A stretch of 64,000 bases of DNA from Takakia lepidozioides (GCA_030704615.1 CM060731.1:54312001-54376000), one strand, 5' to 3'; positions 49,512 to 62,580 are shown, counted from the first letter of the stretch. Numbers and translations are program-made. Notes: generated by a model not told the origin, from the letters alone.

Positions 49512-52028
49512 CTAACCCTGCCATTGCTGAAACTCATCTTTATGTACCAAGAAGGCACTTGCATTGCGATGGCCTCCTCCTCCATATGCCTGCACATGGA
49601 GAAGTCACTCAGGGCCACAGCAGCACTGATGATCACGTAACTCACTTTTCAAATCAACGAGTGGAAAGGGAGAGAACAAACTGTGCTAAGAGTCTGAACC
49701 TGAGAAACTTCTGTTGTATCATCAGCATCACCGATGCTGCGCAGGCTAATCTTCAATCGGCTAGTGTCATTCAAAGCTGCCTCCACATACACCACTGCTC
49801 CTATAGGCCTGCCACTCCACAACCATGAACTTCCAATCAGAACTGTTCTTATCCATGGTTGCACAACAGCATCCCCACACTTTCCAGATATGAACAAGTT
49901 TTCCTCAAATAGCTAAGAGATTGCTCAAGGGCAGCTCACCGAAGGCCTGCAGCAAGGCTTTTTGCAGCTAGTTGGTTGCCAAGCTCACTCCTCAGCTCTG
50001 CTATCTCATCTGCTCGCACTCCCTATTTAATCAACTCCCTCCACCAAGCCCACAGTAAGATACAGTGAGCCATTGATTGCCCATTGGAATAAGTATCAGT
50101 TCCAAGATGGTATCTGGAAGAGTCCCATCTTTCAGCAAGCCCTGTGAAGGAATCAAATGGACAAAGAAATGGCATTCCCTTGTCTTTGAAAGAAACCTGA
50201 CATCTCATAATCTTACCAAACAAAGTCCAAATCTTCCCCCCCCAAGCTGTACTTCGAAAGATGTGGCAAGCGCATGGTCTATGAGGGTCTGCTTCTTTGA
50301 GAGGCTTTGTTTTCCGTTCTCTATAATAGCTGCAGGATCCAAGGCCAAAAGCTGCAAAAAACACACACTATTAAAAATATGAAAGTAAAGCATATGTGCA
50401 TCTCTCCCAGGCCTCTCCTGTCTTTGCCTTCTTTTTGTCTTTCTCTTGCTATCACCCAGGTAGAGTAGAGCTTTCTCAAGTTGTCACCATCCTACCTGGT
50501 CAAACAGTGAAGGGTTGGCAGTGGCACTAAACTCAATGTGAGCATCTTTGAGGCCACTGCTGAAGGCTTTGCTGTCAGAAAGAGCCCAGGTCCACAGATC
50601 TGCATCCTCCACATACTTGAAAAGTGTTTTGACCCGCCCAATATCCTTCTCTGACACTAGGCCTATACTGTCACCAGGGCGATCGGATTGAAGCTTCTCC
50701 ATGAAGTGGTCATAGGCAATGATAGCACCACTTCTGTTCATATCAAGCACTGTGTGCAGGTTGGGAGGACCTTGACCCCTATGTGGAAGCATCTCTAGTG
50801 CAGTCTTGTGATGGTCCAAAATCACCACCCTGCTCTGCATCACCCACTTCCTCTGTCAACATCCCTCGCATTCCATCTCAAGTTTATACATGTGCTTACT
50901 AATTGGGGGAAGGGCTTGCCTTTGAAAACTCTGTGGTCACACCCTCACTTTCACAAAGCACCAGGTTCCCCAAACAAAAAATTAAACTGCCACTCTGCCC
51001 CCCTACCCAACAATCAATGTGTCATCACAGTCGCATGGGATACAGTTTGTGCAGCCCAGAGTGTTACCTTCTGTGCCTAGGCTATTAGCACTGATGCCCC
51101 CTTCCATTCAAGTGAAAATGAAGGCTTACTGTTTGGCCTTTCCAGAAAGCTCCACTGCAAACCCATCTGGGCCTGAGAAGTCCAAAAGGTAAAAGATGTC
51201 CACCCCTTCTGTCTGGAGCTCTTCCACCCTGCCCAACACCAAGTGCAACAGATTAGACATGCTCAATAAGTGTTTCACGACATTCATCATACTTCTCTCG
51301 CATCATACTCTCTCTCGATCTTAAATATCTGTGTCCGTGGCTACTTCATCAGACGTGATATAAATATTCATGTTGGATGCTTGAGACGGACTATTTTTTT
51401 TAACATTACAACTGATTGCTTCATATGAAAGAGAGCCCATCCCGGACAGGCGGTAATGGCAAAAAGTGAATGGCTGTTATTTAGGTTGGCTTTGGCCGAA
51501 GTCTTCTGTTCTCTGCTTTTCTACCTCCACCAGCCCTTCACATTTTGTGGTTTCCACTAGGTAGAATGAAGCTCTCCCTGAATATTCTAAAATATACTCG
51601 AGGAGATTTTGATTGATTGGGGTTTCCAGTCGAAATTTGTCATGTTCTGGTCTCTCTGAAAAAGAAAAATCTACATAATACTCCAGTAATGACGTGAAGT
51701 CATGAAAAGACAGTTCATAAGCCATAAACCCTGACCTTATAGGACGGTAGACTGTATTGGGAAGAAAAAGCGCAGGGAAATCGACTGCAGAGTGATAGAG
51801 ATACGCGGCCAGAGCTGCAAACGCTCCATCTGGGCACGGATAGTGATACAGCACCACTGCCTTGGCTCGTGCACCCTCCAACCTGCTTGTGCTTGCTGTC
51901 AGATCCTCCATGGATGAAACTACAGAACTGAAACGAGAGATTGCACAAGACACCTTCAAATTTCTTGAGCCTGGGTGTAGCCGGGTGCCCGTGCAGGACG
52001 CCAGAGACCTGAGGGCAGCAGCGGCCAT
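49512..52028 (-). CDS. DHH/DHHA1-family phosphoesterase-like protein, 7 exons, 376 aa
   Basis: Exons 52028-51736, 51228-51130, 50829-50496, 50351-50217, 50022-49940, 49808-49700 and 49589-49512; all introns GT-AG and phases consistent (1131 nt). Motifs YHYPCPDG, LLDFSGP, ILDHHKTA, EDADLW, KISLRS, GGGGHRNAS; transit-peptide-like N-terminus. Confidence 0.9.
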
Positions 52029-52360
52029 TCCTTTGCGAGAAGCATGGTCTTCAAATGTAACGGAGAAGAAGATGCACAGAGAGCATTGTGTTGTTAACTA
52101 AGGAAAAAAATAACTGAAGGAATTAAAAGATACGTTTGCTCAAGGAAGCGTTTGTTAAAGGAACCGTGCACCACAGTGATGAGAGCTATGGTTTGCTGCT
52201 GCTCGCAGGAATGGCGCCGTGCTCTGCTGCTCTCCCGAGCTTCAGGAAATGCCCAGGGTCCCTGCGATGGACGAGAGAGAAGATAAGCAGATTGTAGACT
52301 GGGACTGTGGAGCCAAAATGATTTGTAGTTGATTTCCCTCTTCGTGTTTCCCGCTTCGCC

Positions 52361-52361
52361 T

Positions 52362-52395
<34 letters not shown>
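52361..52395 (+). repeat. (CT)n microsatellite in the short divergent intergenic region
   Basis: Directly visible upstream of the ATG at 52400. Confidence 0.9.
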
Positions 52396-52399
52396 ACAG

Positions 52400-55300
52400 A
52401 TGGCAGCTCTCTCAGCCGCTCTCATGAGCGCCAAGGGAGAGGTCATGCCCAATTATCCGGGCGGTGAACGGGGGAAGCATCCCATCATTCAGCAGATTAT
52501 GGGGAGAGAGCCTCTAGAGTTGAAAGGGTTACCCAACGTGGCAATACCGGATCCCAAAACATTTCGAATGATGGCTGTGAGGCCTCCCCGGCCTCGAGTG
52601 ACACCGGACAGAGGTATAAAAAAAGTGCTTGGGTACTTTTTTGGGTCTCGTACTTCGTGCATTTAAGACTGATCCAGTCTTTCCATTCTTCTTGATCTTT
52701 CACAGTACAAAAGAGTTTATACTTACACATACATGGCTTAATCTTTGAGACAAGCATATGACTACTGGATCCATCACAGCAATATCTAGCAGGTCATTTT
52801 ATAGTCATGCATGCGTGTTATCAACACCAATTGTCAATATCTGCTGGAATTTAATGTCTGATGTATTTGTCTTCTTCCACGCATTCATTTCATGAGAGGA
52901 AGAGAGACAGGTAATCTGATCTCGCTGCAAGGGATACCCTGTTTTTGTTCAAATAGCTTCCCGGTTCCTCTTCTGGTTGCGAGTTTATGACGGGTCTGGC
53001 GCTCAACCCACGGAAATCGCACTGAAAATTCTAAGAGGTGCAAACTATTTGAGCTCACTCCATAACGTGAAGAGCGATTTACTTCAGATTGGCAGAGCTC
53101 TCATGTTCTCGTAGATCGCAGGTCAAGAGATAAGCAGAGAATGGCTCTGGCAGGAGTTCTTCTCCGATCCTTCAAAATGGTGGGACAACAGGTTTGATAA
53201 GGTGAGGCTACCTTCGTATAGGGTGTGAGAGAATCTCTGACCGAAGGGTTTGTGACTAAAGGTGGCATTATAGTGTCTGGTGGACTAGATTTTGTTTTCG
53301 GCTGTGTATGGTAGCTACAAATTTTGTTGTGAGTGTGAAGGAGTTCTTACCGTTGCTATCGGTAGGTTGTTACAAGTAGGTGTTCCATGTCATCTGAAAG
53401 GTGCTGGAAGCTTCGGTGCTTGAAGCCTACCCTGAGCAAGACTGTGGTTGAAGCTGTAGCTTCACGCCGTTGTGTTCACAGAAAAATCCAAGATCACCAG
53501 ACTTCAAACATAAGTGCACAAATGAGGCCCTCTGGATTAAGGGTCCGTCCAACCCTCCTTGGGTGAAAGCAGAGCTGGCTATCATGATACGAGGTCAAAT
53601 GCAAGCTGGTACTGTGAGGACACTATGTAAGGCAGGACGACTGAAAGAGGCACTGCATATTTTGAATCAAGGAGGCGTTCGAGCAGACTCCAATACTTAT
53701 CTCTGTGTCTTGCGGGAGTGCATCAGCAAGAAAAGTCTAGCAGAGGGAAAGCAGGTGCATGCCCACATTATCCAAACTGGATTCAAGCCAAACATTATTT
53801 TGCTCAACAACCTTGTCAATATGTATGCAAGGTCCCAGAGCCTGGTGGAGGCACGTCAAGTGTTTGAGAAAATGGCTGAACGAAATTTGGTCACATGGAC
53901 GATAATGATAGCAGGATATACCAAGCATGGGTGCGCTAGGGAGGCTTTGGAGATTTATGAAAAAATGCAAGAGGAAGGGGTGGTGCCAGACAAGGTCATG
54001 TTCATTTGCATCCTTAATATGTGTGCCAGCCTAGGGGCCTTGGAGAAGGGCAAAGAAGTCCATGCTGATATCTTGAAGGCTGGAATTGGTTCATTCACAA
54101 ATTTAGAGAATACTATTGTGGATATGTATGCCAAATGTGGGAGTGTGAAGGATGCACGACAAGTGTTTGACAATATGGAAAGACGAGATGTGGTCTCATG
54201 GAATGCGATAATTGGAGGATATGCCAAGCATGGTTATGGCAGGGAGGCTTTGGAGCTCTATGAGCAGATGATACGGGAAGGGATGAAGCCCAACAAGGTC
54301 ACGTTCTGTTGTGTGCTGAATGCGTGTGCCAGCCTGGCAGCCCTGGTAAAAGGCATGGAGGTCCATGCTGACATCAAAAGATTTGGAAGTTTGCCAAACA
54401 CCATTTTGGAGACTGCCCTTGTGGACATGTATGCCAAATGTGGTAGCATGAAGGATGCCTGTCAAGTGTTTGAAAATATGGCTCTGCAAGATGTGGTCTC
54501 CTGGAGTGTGATGATCACAGGATATGCCCAGCAGGGGTGTGGCAGGGAGGCTTTTGTCATGTACGAGGAAATGAGACGGGAAGGGGTGACACCCAATGAG
54601 GTCACGTTCATAGGTGTTCTGAATGCGTGTGCTAGCATGGGTGCCTTGGATAAGGGCAAAGATATCCATGCGGACATAAGGACAGCCAGGATTACGTCAT
54701 ATGTAAATTTGGATAATTCCCTTCTGAACATGTATGCCAAATGCGGGAGCATGAAGGATGCACAACAACTGTTCAACGATATGACTCAACGAGATGTGGT
54801 TTCTTGGAATAGTATTATAGCAGGATATGCTCAGCGTGAGTGTGGTCAGGAGGCTTTGGAGATTTATGAGCAGATGATACAGGATGGTGTGACACCCGAC
54901 AAAGTCACATTTGCTTGTGTTCTCAATGCCTGTGCCAGCCTCACAGCCCTGGAAAAGGGCAGAGAGGTCCATACTGCCATCAGCACGGCTGGGTTTGCAC
55001 CAGATGTCATTCTGGAAACTGCAGTTGTCAACATGTATGCTAAGTGCGGGAACGTAGTGAAAGCGCGTTCTGTTTTTGACAATATGGTCCAATGGAATGT
55101 GGTCTCATGGAATGCTATGATTGCAGGATATGCTCAACATGGGTTTGGTAGGAGGGCCTTCCAACTTTTTGAAGAAATGCAACAGGAAGGCTTTAGGCCA
55201 GATGGTATCACCTTTATATGTCTTCTCTCTGGGTGTAGCCATCTGGGTCTGGTGGATGAAGGCCATCACTACTTTGAATCCATGAGTCAAGATCATGGCC

Positions 55301-55545
55301 TCACTCCTACAGTGGAACACTTTGGCTCTATGGTAGACCTTCTTGGCCGTGCAGGTCGATTGGACGAGGCGGAGGATTTTGTTAATGGTATGCCAATCAA
55401 ACCAGATGCTGCACTGTGGCAGGCCTTGCTTGGTGCTTGTAGGATTCATGGCAATCTGGAGCTAGCAGAACGCATGGCAAAATGCTTTCTTACCTTGGAT
55501 CCAGAGAATGCTGCCACTTATGTGCTGCTATCAAATAGCTGTTAA
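52400..55545 (+). CDS. PDF-motif + PLS-class PPR protein (785 aa), truncated in E2
   Basis: Exons 52400-52613, 53122-53201 and 53482-55545 splice in frame. Product: WLWQEFFSDPSKWWDNRFDK|KNPRSPDFKHKCTNEALWI..PPWV, then ~18 P/L/S repeats, E1, and a stop after YVLLSNSC. Confidence 0.85.
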
Positions 55546-55990
55546 ACAACTGGCAGGTGGGACAATCAGGCAAAGGTGAGAAAATGAAGGAGCTGCGTTA
55601 GAAAGGTGCCAGGGCACAGCTGCTTTGATATTGAGGTTTAGGTGTATATATCAATTTACATCAACAAATTGAGGAATTTCACAGATCATCTGGAGAGCAG
55701 AAGAAGGCTGGGTATGTGCTTGATGCGCGCTTAGTATTTCATCATGTGGAGAAAGAAACAAATGAATTTTGTCTCTGGCACCACGGAGAGAAGCTGGCTA
55801 TTGCTTGTGGGCTCATTAGCACGTTCTCTGGGATACTTACCCCTGTCATCAAGAACCTTAGGGTGTGTGATAATTGCTGCACGGCCACCAAGTTCATCTG
55901 AACTCTTGCTGGTGAGCAATTGTTGTGCGGGATGCCAACCACTTCAACACCATTCCGGATGGGTTTGTTCTTGTGGGGATATTAGTGAAA
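55546..55990 (+). pseudogene. Decayed E+/DYW deaminase domain of the PPR gene
   Basis: PGHSC (PG box), HHGEKLAIA, IKNLRVCDNC, VRDANHF and CGD remnants, with stops and frameshifts. Confidence 0.88.
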
Positions 55991-56765
55991 CAAACAATGC
56001 GCATGGAAGAAAATGCATCTCCTCAAGTGCGAGGGTGGAAAGGTTTGTCCCCCGTGGTATGCAAGGATTATCGTTGGAAAAAAATGATTGTGACAGTCAG
56101 TACTGCAGTTTCTGTGAGGTGCCCACAGTAATGATCACAATTTATTATGACTCGAAGAGCAGCCATGAGGTCATCTAAACCTTAACGCAGAGTTGTTGAC
56201 AAATTCTGCAGGGCTTGAAAGGTGCTGATTGTCACGTACTGAAAAGAAATGATTTACATCGTTGAATGTGACAGCCAGTACGGGACTTTCTGCATGTTCA
56301 ATATTCAGAGTAAGATTCGACCAACACCTGTTGAAGTCATGGGAAACCCAATGCTGCTGCCCATCTATGAGCTGCGCATGGCCATGATCTTAATTCAAGC
56401 AATGCACACAGCAGCTTGGCATCACAGACATCCTTGTTGCAGAGAGGTTGTCGAAAGATGGCGTGAAGGAACAGAATGCATGAAGAGTATCGTGGAGTTA
56501 TGGAGGTTGACAGTTTTGACTGACAGAAGGAATGCCGCAACAGTACACTGTTAGATTTGTCTAATAATATAGCCTTCCAAGACCACTATACAACCATCCA
56601 GGTTGAGGAACATCTAACGGACATTTATTCTTGATTTGTCAATGCTTCATGCGGATTTCTCCTTGAGCCATTGGCTGGAGAGAATTGGATCTGGATCCGC
56701 ATTGAACCATTGCATCTGACAAACTGTTATAGGTTACGCAGTAGGCTTCAACTGCAGATACACTT

Positions 56766-57000
56766 TATTTATTTATTTATTTATTTTAAAGTAAAGGGAA
56801 ACACCTGGGAGCTACAGCTCACATATCAGGCCCCTTAGTAGTGAGAGGAGAAAATAACCTCTTTCATTTATGCGCCATGGAGGCGAATGAGTGGGACACC
56901 GCCCAGGAACCATACCACACCCGTCCATAGCAAGATTTGACCCCAGAATCATCTGGGTGGCACTCAGTGCACTTAACCATCTGGGCTACTGACTGTTGGT
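56766..57000 (-). mobile_element. tRNA-derived SINE
   Basis: A box TAGCCCAGATGG, B-box-like GGGTCAAATC, (TAAA)n tail; TSD GATACACTT at 56757-56765 and 57001-57009. Confidence 0.85.
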
Positions 57001-57499
57001 GATACACTTATGTACATCACCGGAATGTCTGCAGTTGTCTAATACCCTGGTGGACATGTATGTCAAATGTGGGGAGTGTTCGACAATATGGCGTAAAAAA
57101 AAAAATTCTACTAGGGCTTCGCGTTGCTCCGCACTACTAGCGACGACTTTTGAGAAGGACGTCTGGACGGATGTGCCATACTATAGGATCATGAGAGAGA
57201 GTACGGATCATGCAGCCTGCCAAAATGTTGGTCACGCAGTTCCGATTGATGGGGGAGGGGGGGGGGGAGTTGGAGGGGTTTTCCATGGGTCGTCTTGGTA
57301 CAACAAGTAGATTTGGACTATGATAAATCAGTATTTTTTTTATTATCCGTTGTGAGCATGCATTGGGACAAAATATAGACTTTTTGAAGAGAAGGAGGAT
57401 GGTCTTTATAAAATATGGTGGCCCTTATATGGAACGTTTACATGTGTCTAATTTAAGCTCTACCAAGCTATGCTTTTGCTCCAGTTGTCGTCATTCGAC

Positions 57500-58190
57500 T
57501 CTGTCTCCTCTCGTGCTTTGGCCAACAGTTTGACCCCTTTTAGTTGGCAATGAAAGCCCGTGTTTCTTTGTGATGGAAATTCATCCAATATCGGATGTTA
57601 CACTTGACTGCAACGAGATCCCCTGAACGTACGGATTCTCCATCCATTTTTTGGCCATTTTCGTTAAGGACTTCTATTGTATTGTATATCTCGGCGTTGT
57701 TTGTTTTTTGGCGTTTGTTGTTACCAGAGTTGTTTGCGTTAATTTTTAGGAGTTTTTTCGTGAAGCTCATGTTGTTTCCACCCATCCACGTCATGTCCTC
57801 GCCTCTCCTCCTTCAATTATCAAACCATTCTGTATTGTATTTGCGTAGTCGAACAAGAAATGGCTGTCTTCTATGAATATTGTGAATTTTGCGTCTTTTA
57901 GTTCTTCGGCGAAAGTCACGAATCTGTTATTCCCGGTTTTGCCAAGGTAAGGGAATTTTGCAATACCTACGAAGATTGCTATTTCTTCACGGTCCGAAGG
58001 GACGTTCCACAAGGTGTGGAAGTCTGTACTGTAGGGCAGGTGCTTCCATGTGGTCCCCACCTTTAGGGCATGATGGTCATTGGACGTGAAACTGTCGTAT
58101 ATCACGTTTGTCATTTCTTGGTGGGTTATTTCCTGGATTTGTTGGTCCGTTACAATGTCTATTGTGTCGGCTATTTCCGACGTTGATATG
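57500..58190 (-). pseudogene. Frameshifted intronless ORF of unknown function in a putative Helitron-like insert
   Basis: Overlapping ORFs 57791-58114 and 57540-57794; C-terminal VRSGDLVAVKCNIRYW; composition distinct from the flanks. Confidence 0.4.
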
Positions 58191-58449
58191 GTTGTTTGTA
58201 TATATGGTGCAGAGAGAGAGAGAGAGAGAGGGGCAGGGGCAGATGAAAGTATATATCGGTGGGTTTTTTAGGAAAATTAAACCCTAAGAGTGCGACTTTA
58301 AAATTAATCACGCTAATCTATAGAACTGCGACTTTCTCTCTCATACCGAGGTTGATGCTACACCGCTTTGCTGGGAAATTAGGTGCAAACTCCGATGTAA
58401 CAGTATGTTATATTCCTCTGCTTCACCTGTACCTAGAAGCATCATGTTG

Positions 58450-58900
58450 GAAGCAGATGCAAATCAGCATAGGAACTAGTCTGATAAGTATGGTTGGGGT
58501 GTTTGCTGGAAGAATTCTAGGCTATCATTGTATGTTGCTAGCAGCAAGGCAAGGATGTAAGCATGATTTGTGCAGAGGCATGGATTGCTGAAGGAGCAGG
58601 GATGGAGTGTGGGTTCCCTCTTATCAGAACCGGCCCTAAATTTTCATGTTGAATTCTGTAAGTTAGCTGGTTGAGTGAACCTTTGATAGTTGGAGTGACT
58701 TTGACATGATACTGCCAAAGTATCCAGAAACAGATAAGAGAGACAAAGAGAAGCTGTGGAAAGAATACTTTTCTGACCACAGTCAATGGTGGGACAATCG
58801 AGGCAAAAAGGTAGATGCCTGTTGGATTACAGAGAGTAGCAGACGCAATGAGCATAGGAACGCTGAGTTGGGTGTTTCCTAGAACAAATCTAGGCTGTCA
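58450..58900 (+). pseudogene. PDF-motif exon and intron fragment
   Basis: EKLWKEYFSDHSQWWDNRGKK|GT at ~58749-58810; matches the 35935-36400 module. Confidence 0.8.
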
Positions 58901-59079
58901 TTGTCACTGTCACATAGAGAATGAACTAAGCTGTATCTCCGCTTAACCTCGGTAAATTCGTGGAAGTCCCTTGATGAGGTCCTAGGTGCTCAGTTGAGTT
59001 CACTTTGCGGCTTATCCTCAGATACATAGCAGAACAAGACTAGGGACATGACATACGCAACCAACCGAATCGTCTTTGT

Positions 59080-60650
59080 TCCCCCATCAATTGATCATAA
59101 GTTTCCAAAGCCACCAACCCACGTCCCTGTTGTGCATACCCTGCAAGCATAGCGTGCCAGGACACCACATCTTGTTCAGCCATAGTGTTGAAAACTCCCT
59201 TCGCATCCTTGGCATGAATCCACTTTGGATAATGTGAGTGTGCACCTGCTTTCCAGCTTCCAGACCTTTCATCTTGATGCACTTAAGCAAGAGACAGACA
59301 AACATATCTGAATCTGCTGAAATGCCTCCCACATTAATTGGCATACAGGTCCACGAGGGTATTGTTCAGAATGACATCTGGTACAATTCTAGCTTTCGCG
59401 ATGTCACCATGCACCTCTTTGCCCTTTTCCAGGGCTGCCAGGCTTGCAAATGCACACACAAACGTGATGTGGTTGGGCTGTGAATTTCCTTTGGCGCATC
59501 CTTGGCGTGAATCCACTTTGGATAATGTGAGTGTGCACCTACTTTCCCGCTTGCAGACCTTTCATCTTGATGCACTTAAACAAGAGACAGACAAACGTAT
59601 CTGAATCTGCTGAAATGCCTCCCACATTAATTGGCATACATGTCCACGAGGGTATTGTTCATGACATCTGGTACGATTCCAGCTCAGACAATGTCGCCAT
59701 GCACCTCTTTGCCCTTTTCCAGGGCTGCCACGCTTGCACATGCATTACAAACGCACACACACATGATGCGGTTGGGCTTCACCCCTTTCGCACATCATTT
59801 GCTCGTATGTCTCCAAAGCCTCCATCCCGCGCCCCTGTTGTGCATATCCTGCGAGCATCGCAGACGATGTCGCCATGCACCTCTTTGCCCTTGCCCTTTT
59901 CCAGGGCTGCCAGGCTTTCATACGCACTGCAAACGCACACAAACGTGATGTGGTCGGGCTTCACCCCTTCCCCCATCATTTGCTCATAGGTCTCCAAAGC
60001 ATTCATACCACACCCATGCTTGGTAAATCCTGCCAACATTATATTCCATGTGATCAAAGATCGTTGAGGCATTCTGTTGAACACTTGGTGAGCATCCATG
60101 ATGCTCCCGCACTTAACATACATGTTGGCAAAGGTGCTGAGGAGAAAAACATTTGGCGTGAATCCACTTTGGATAATGTGAGTGTGTACCTGTTTTCCAG
60201 CTTCCAGGCCTTTCATCTTGATGCACTTATGCAAGAGACAGACATACATTTCTGAATTTGCTAAAATGCCTCCTTGGTTTAAAGTCTGTAGAGCCTCTTT
60301 CAGTCTGCCTGCCTCACAAAGCATCTTCACATACCCAGAAGTGCCAGAAGAGGCATTGTGGACTCCCTCTCTTGATCCTCTTCCAGAGGCTGTGATCATG
60401 GTTGAGGTGCCTGATTTTTATCAACTGTGCTGCTGCAGCTGTTGCCTTTAGTTGACCATCTATCCATGCAGGTTTCTTGTAGCTATTGATCCACAGGGAT
60501 CATAGGTAATCTTGTGCTTGAAATCTGGTCCTCTTGGATGATAGCTGACAATGACAGCCTAGATTTGTTTTAGGAAACACCCAACTCAGCTTATCACACT
60601 AGTTCTTATGCTCATTGCGTTTGCTACTCTCTGTAATCCAACAGGCAATC
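59080..60650 (-). pseudogene. PDF-PPR paralog, fragmented, with an internal ~300-bp tandem duplication
   Basis: HPRGPDFKHKITYD.LWINSYKKPAWID (~60450-60540) upstream of PPR ORF 59779-60399 (LCEAGRLKEAL...); 59213-59500 is similar to 59508-59790. Confidence 0.85.
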
Positions 60651-60834
60651 ACCTTTCTCCGATGAGAGACATAAGTCCTCGCCATCGAACACGAGATCAA
60701 GTGGATGTCGTACCTGGCGGAGGGTATATTGGACACGGAGGAAGTGCAGCCTTCTAATCCTTTCTTTTGGTGTTCCAGCCAGCAGCCCGTGGAGCAAGCT
60801 GATTGCAGGTAGCGGTTTTGTCTACTGGTTTCTT

Positions 60835-62580
60835 GAATAACCACATCACGTTTGTTTGTGATTCCAATGCTTGTGCAAGCCTGACAGCCCTGGAAAAGGG
60901 TAAAGAGGTCCATAGTGACATTGTCAAAGTTGGGATTGTACCAGATGTCATTCTGAACTTTGCCCTGGTGGACATGTATGCCAAATGTGGGTGCATTGAG
61001 GATGCAAAGCAAGGAACTTATGTGTACTTTGCGAAGGGGTGAAGCCCAACCACATCACCTTAGTTTGTGTTTGCAATGCGTGTGCAAGCTTGGGAGCCCT
61101 GGAAAAGGGGAAAAAGGTCCATGGTGACATCGTCAGAGCTGGAATTGTACCCGATGTTATTCTGAACAATGGAACGCGATGCTTGCAGGGTATGCACAGC
61201 AGGGGCGCGGGATGGAGGCTTTGGAGACCTATGAGCAAATGATGGGGGAAGGGGTGAAGCCCGACCACATCACATCTGTGTGTTTGCAAGCCTGGCAGCC
61301 CTGGAAATGAGCGAAGGGGTGCATGGTTGCATCGCAAGCAACAGGGTGCACACCTTCGCTGTAGATGACAGGTTGCATCCCAGAATTAAGGAAATCCATG
61401 CTGAGCTGAGAAGATTGTTTGGGCAGATGAAAGGAGGCGGGGTATGTACCTGACACGCGCTTTGTATTTCATGATGTGTGGAAGGAGGAAAATGAATTAT
61501 CTCTTTGCCACCACAGTGAGAAGCTGGCCATTGGTTTTGGGCTGATCAGGTTTGTGTGCGTTTGTAGTGCGTGTGCAAGCCTGACAGCCCTGGAGAAGGG
61601 CAAAGAGGTGCATGGTTGCATTGCCAAAGCTGGAATTGTACCAGATGTGATTCTGAACAATACCCTCATGGACATGGATGCCAAATGTGGGAGCATTGAG
61701 GATGCGGAGGGAGTGATCATGCTTGCAGGATATGCCAGCAGGGGCGCAAGATGGAGGCCTTGGAGACCTATGAACAAATGATGGGGGAAAAGGTGAAGTG
61801 CAACCACATCACGTTTGTGTGCGTTGGCAATGCTTGTGCAAGCCTGACAGCCCTGGAAAAGGGAAAAATGTGGGTCCAGATTCAGCAGCAACAGCACAAT
61901 TCATAAAATCAGGCACTGCTAATGAAGGCACCTTCTTCAAAACATTTCACCCTGTTTTCCCCTCTTATCGAAATCGTCCTTAAATTTTCATAAGAGGTCC
62001 ATGGCGACATTGTTAGAGCTGCAATTGTACCACATGTCATTCTGAACAATACCCTCGTGGACATGTATGAAGGGAACAGTATGGCTGAACGAGATGTGGT
62101 GTCGTGGAACTCGATGCTTGCAGGGTATGCACAGCAGGCTTTGGCACCAGACGTTGTGCTTGGCACACTATGTAAACCCAGTAAGACCAGGGAGTAGTTG
62201 AGCAGCTCAGTCTGAACCCTTTCCTAGTGCCAACAAACTCTGATGTGGATTCATGCCAAGAAAGGTCTTGAAGCTGGAAAGCAGGTGCACACTCACAAGC
62301 ATCGCAGGGTATGCACAGCAGGGACGTGGGATGGTGGATTTGGAGACCTATGATCAAATTATGGGGGAAGGGGTGAAGCCCAACCAAGCCTGGTAGCCCT
62401 AGAAAAGGTCAAAAGAGATCTATGATGACATTGTCAAAGCTGGAATTGTACCAGATGTCATTCTGAACTCTGCCCTGGTGGACATGTATGCCCAATGTGG
62501 GTGCAATGAGGATGCAAAGCAAGGAACTTATGTGTACTCTGTTTATGTACTGGGTGTGGCAGGGAGGCTTTGGAGATTGT
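60835..62580 (+). pseudogene. Shattered PLS-PPR/DYW fragments
   Basis: Repeated [36 protein letters not shown] pieces; DYW piece VHTFAVDDRLHP...GYVPDT...[13 protein letters not shown] (~61340-61550). Confidence 0.88.

Noticed and set aside
53737-55449. Multiple antisense ORFs over the PPR exon (also over gag/pol and the MULE transposase)
   Set aside because: Shadow ORFs arising from codon bias and repeat structure of the sense-strand gene.
56900-57000. tRNA gene
   Set aside because: Degenerate B box, no clean cloverleaf, and the tail plus TSD indicate a SINE.
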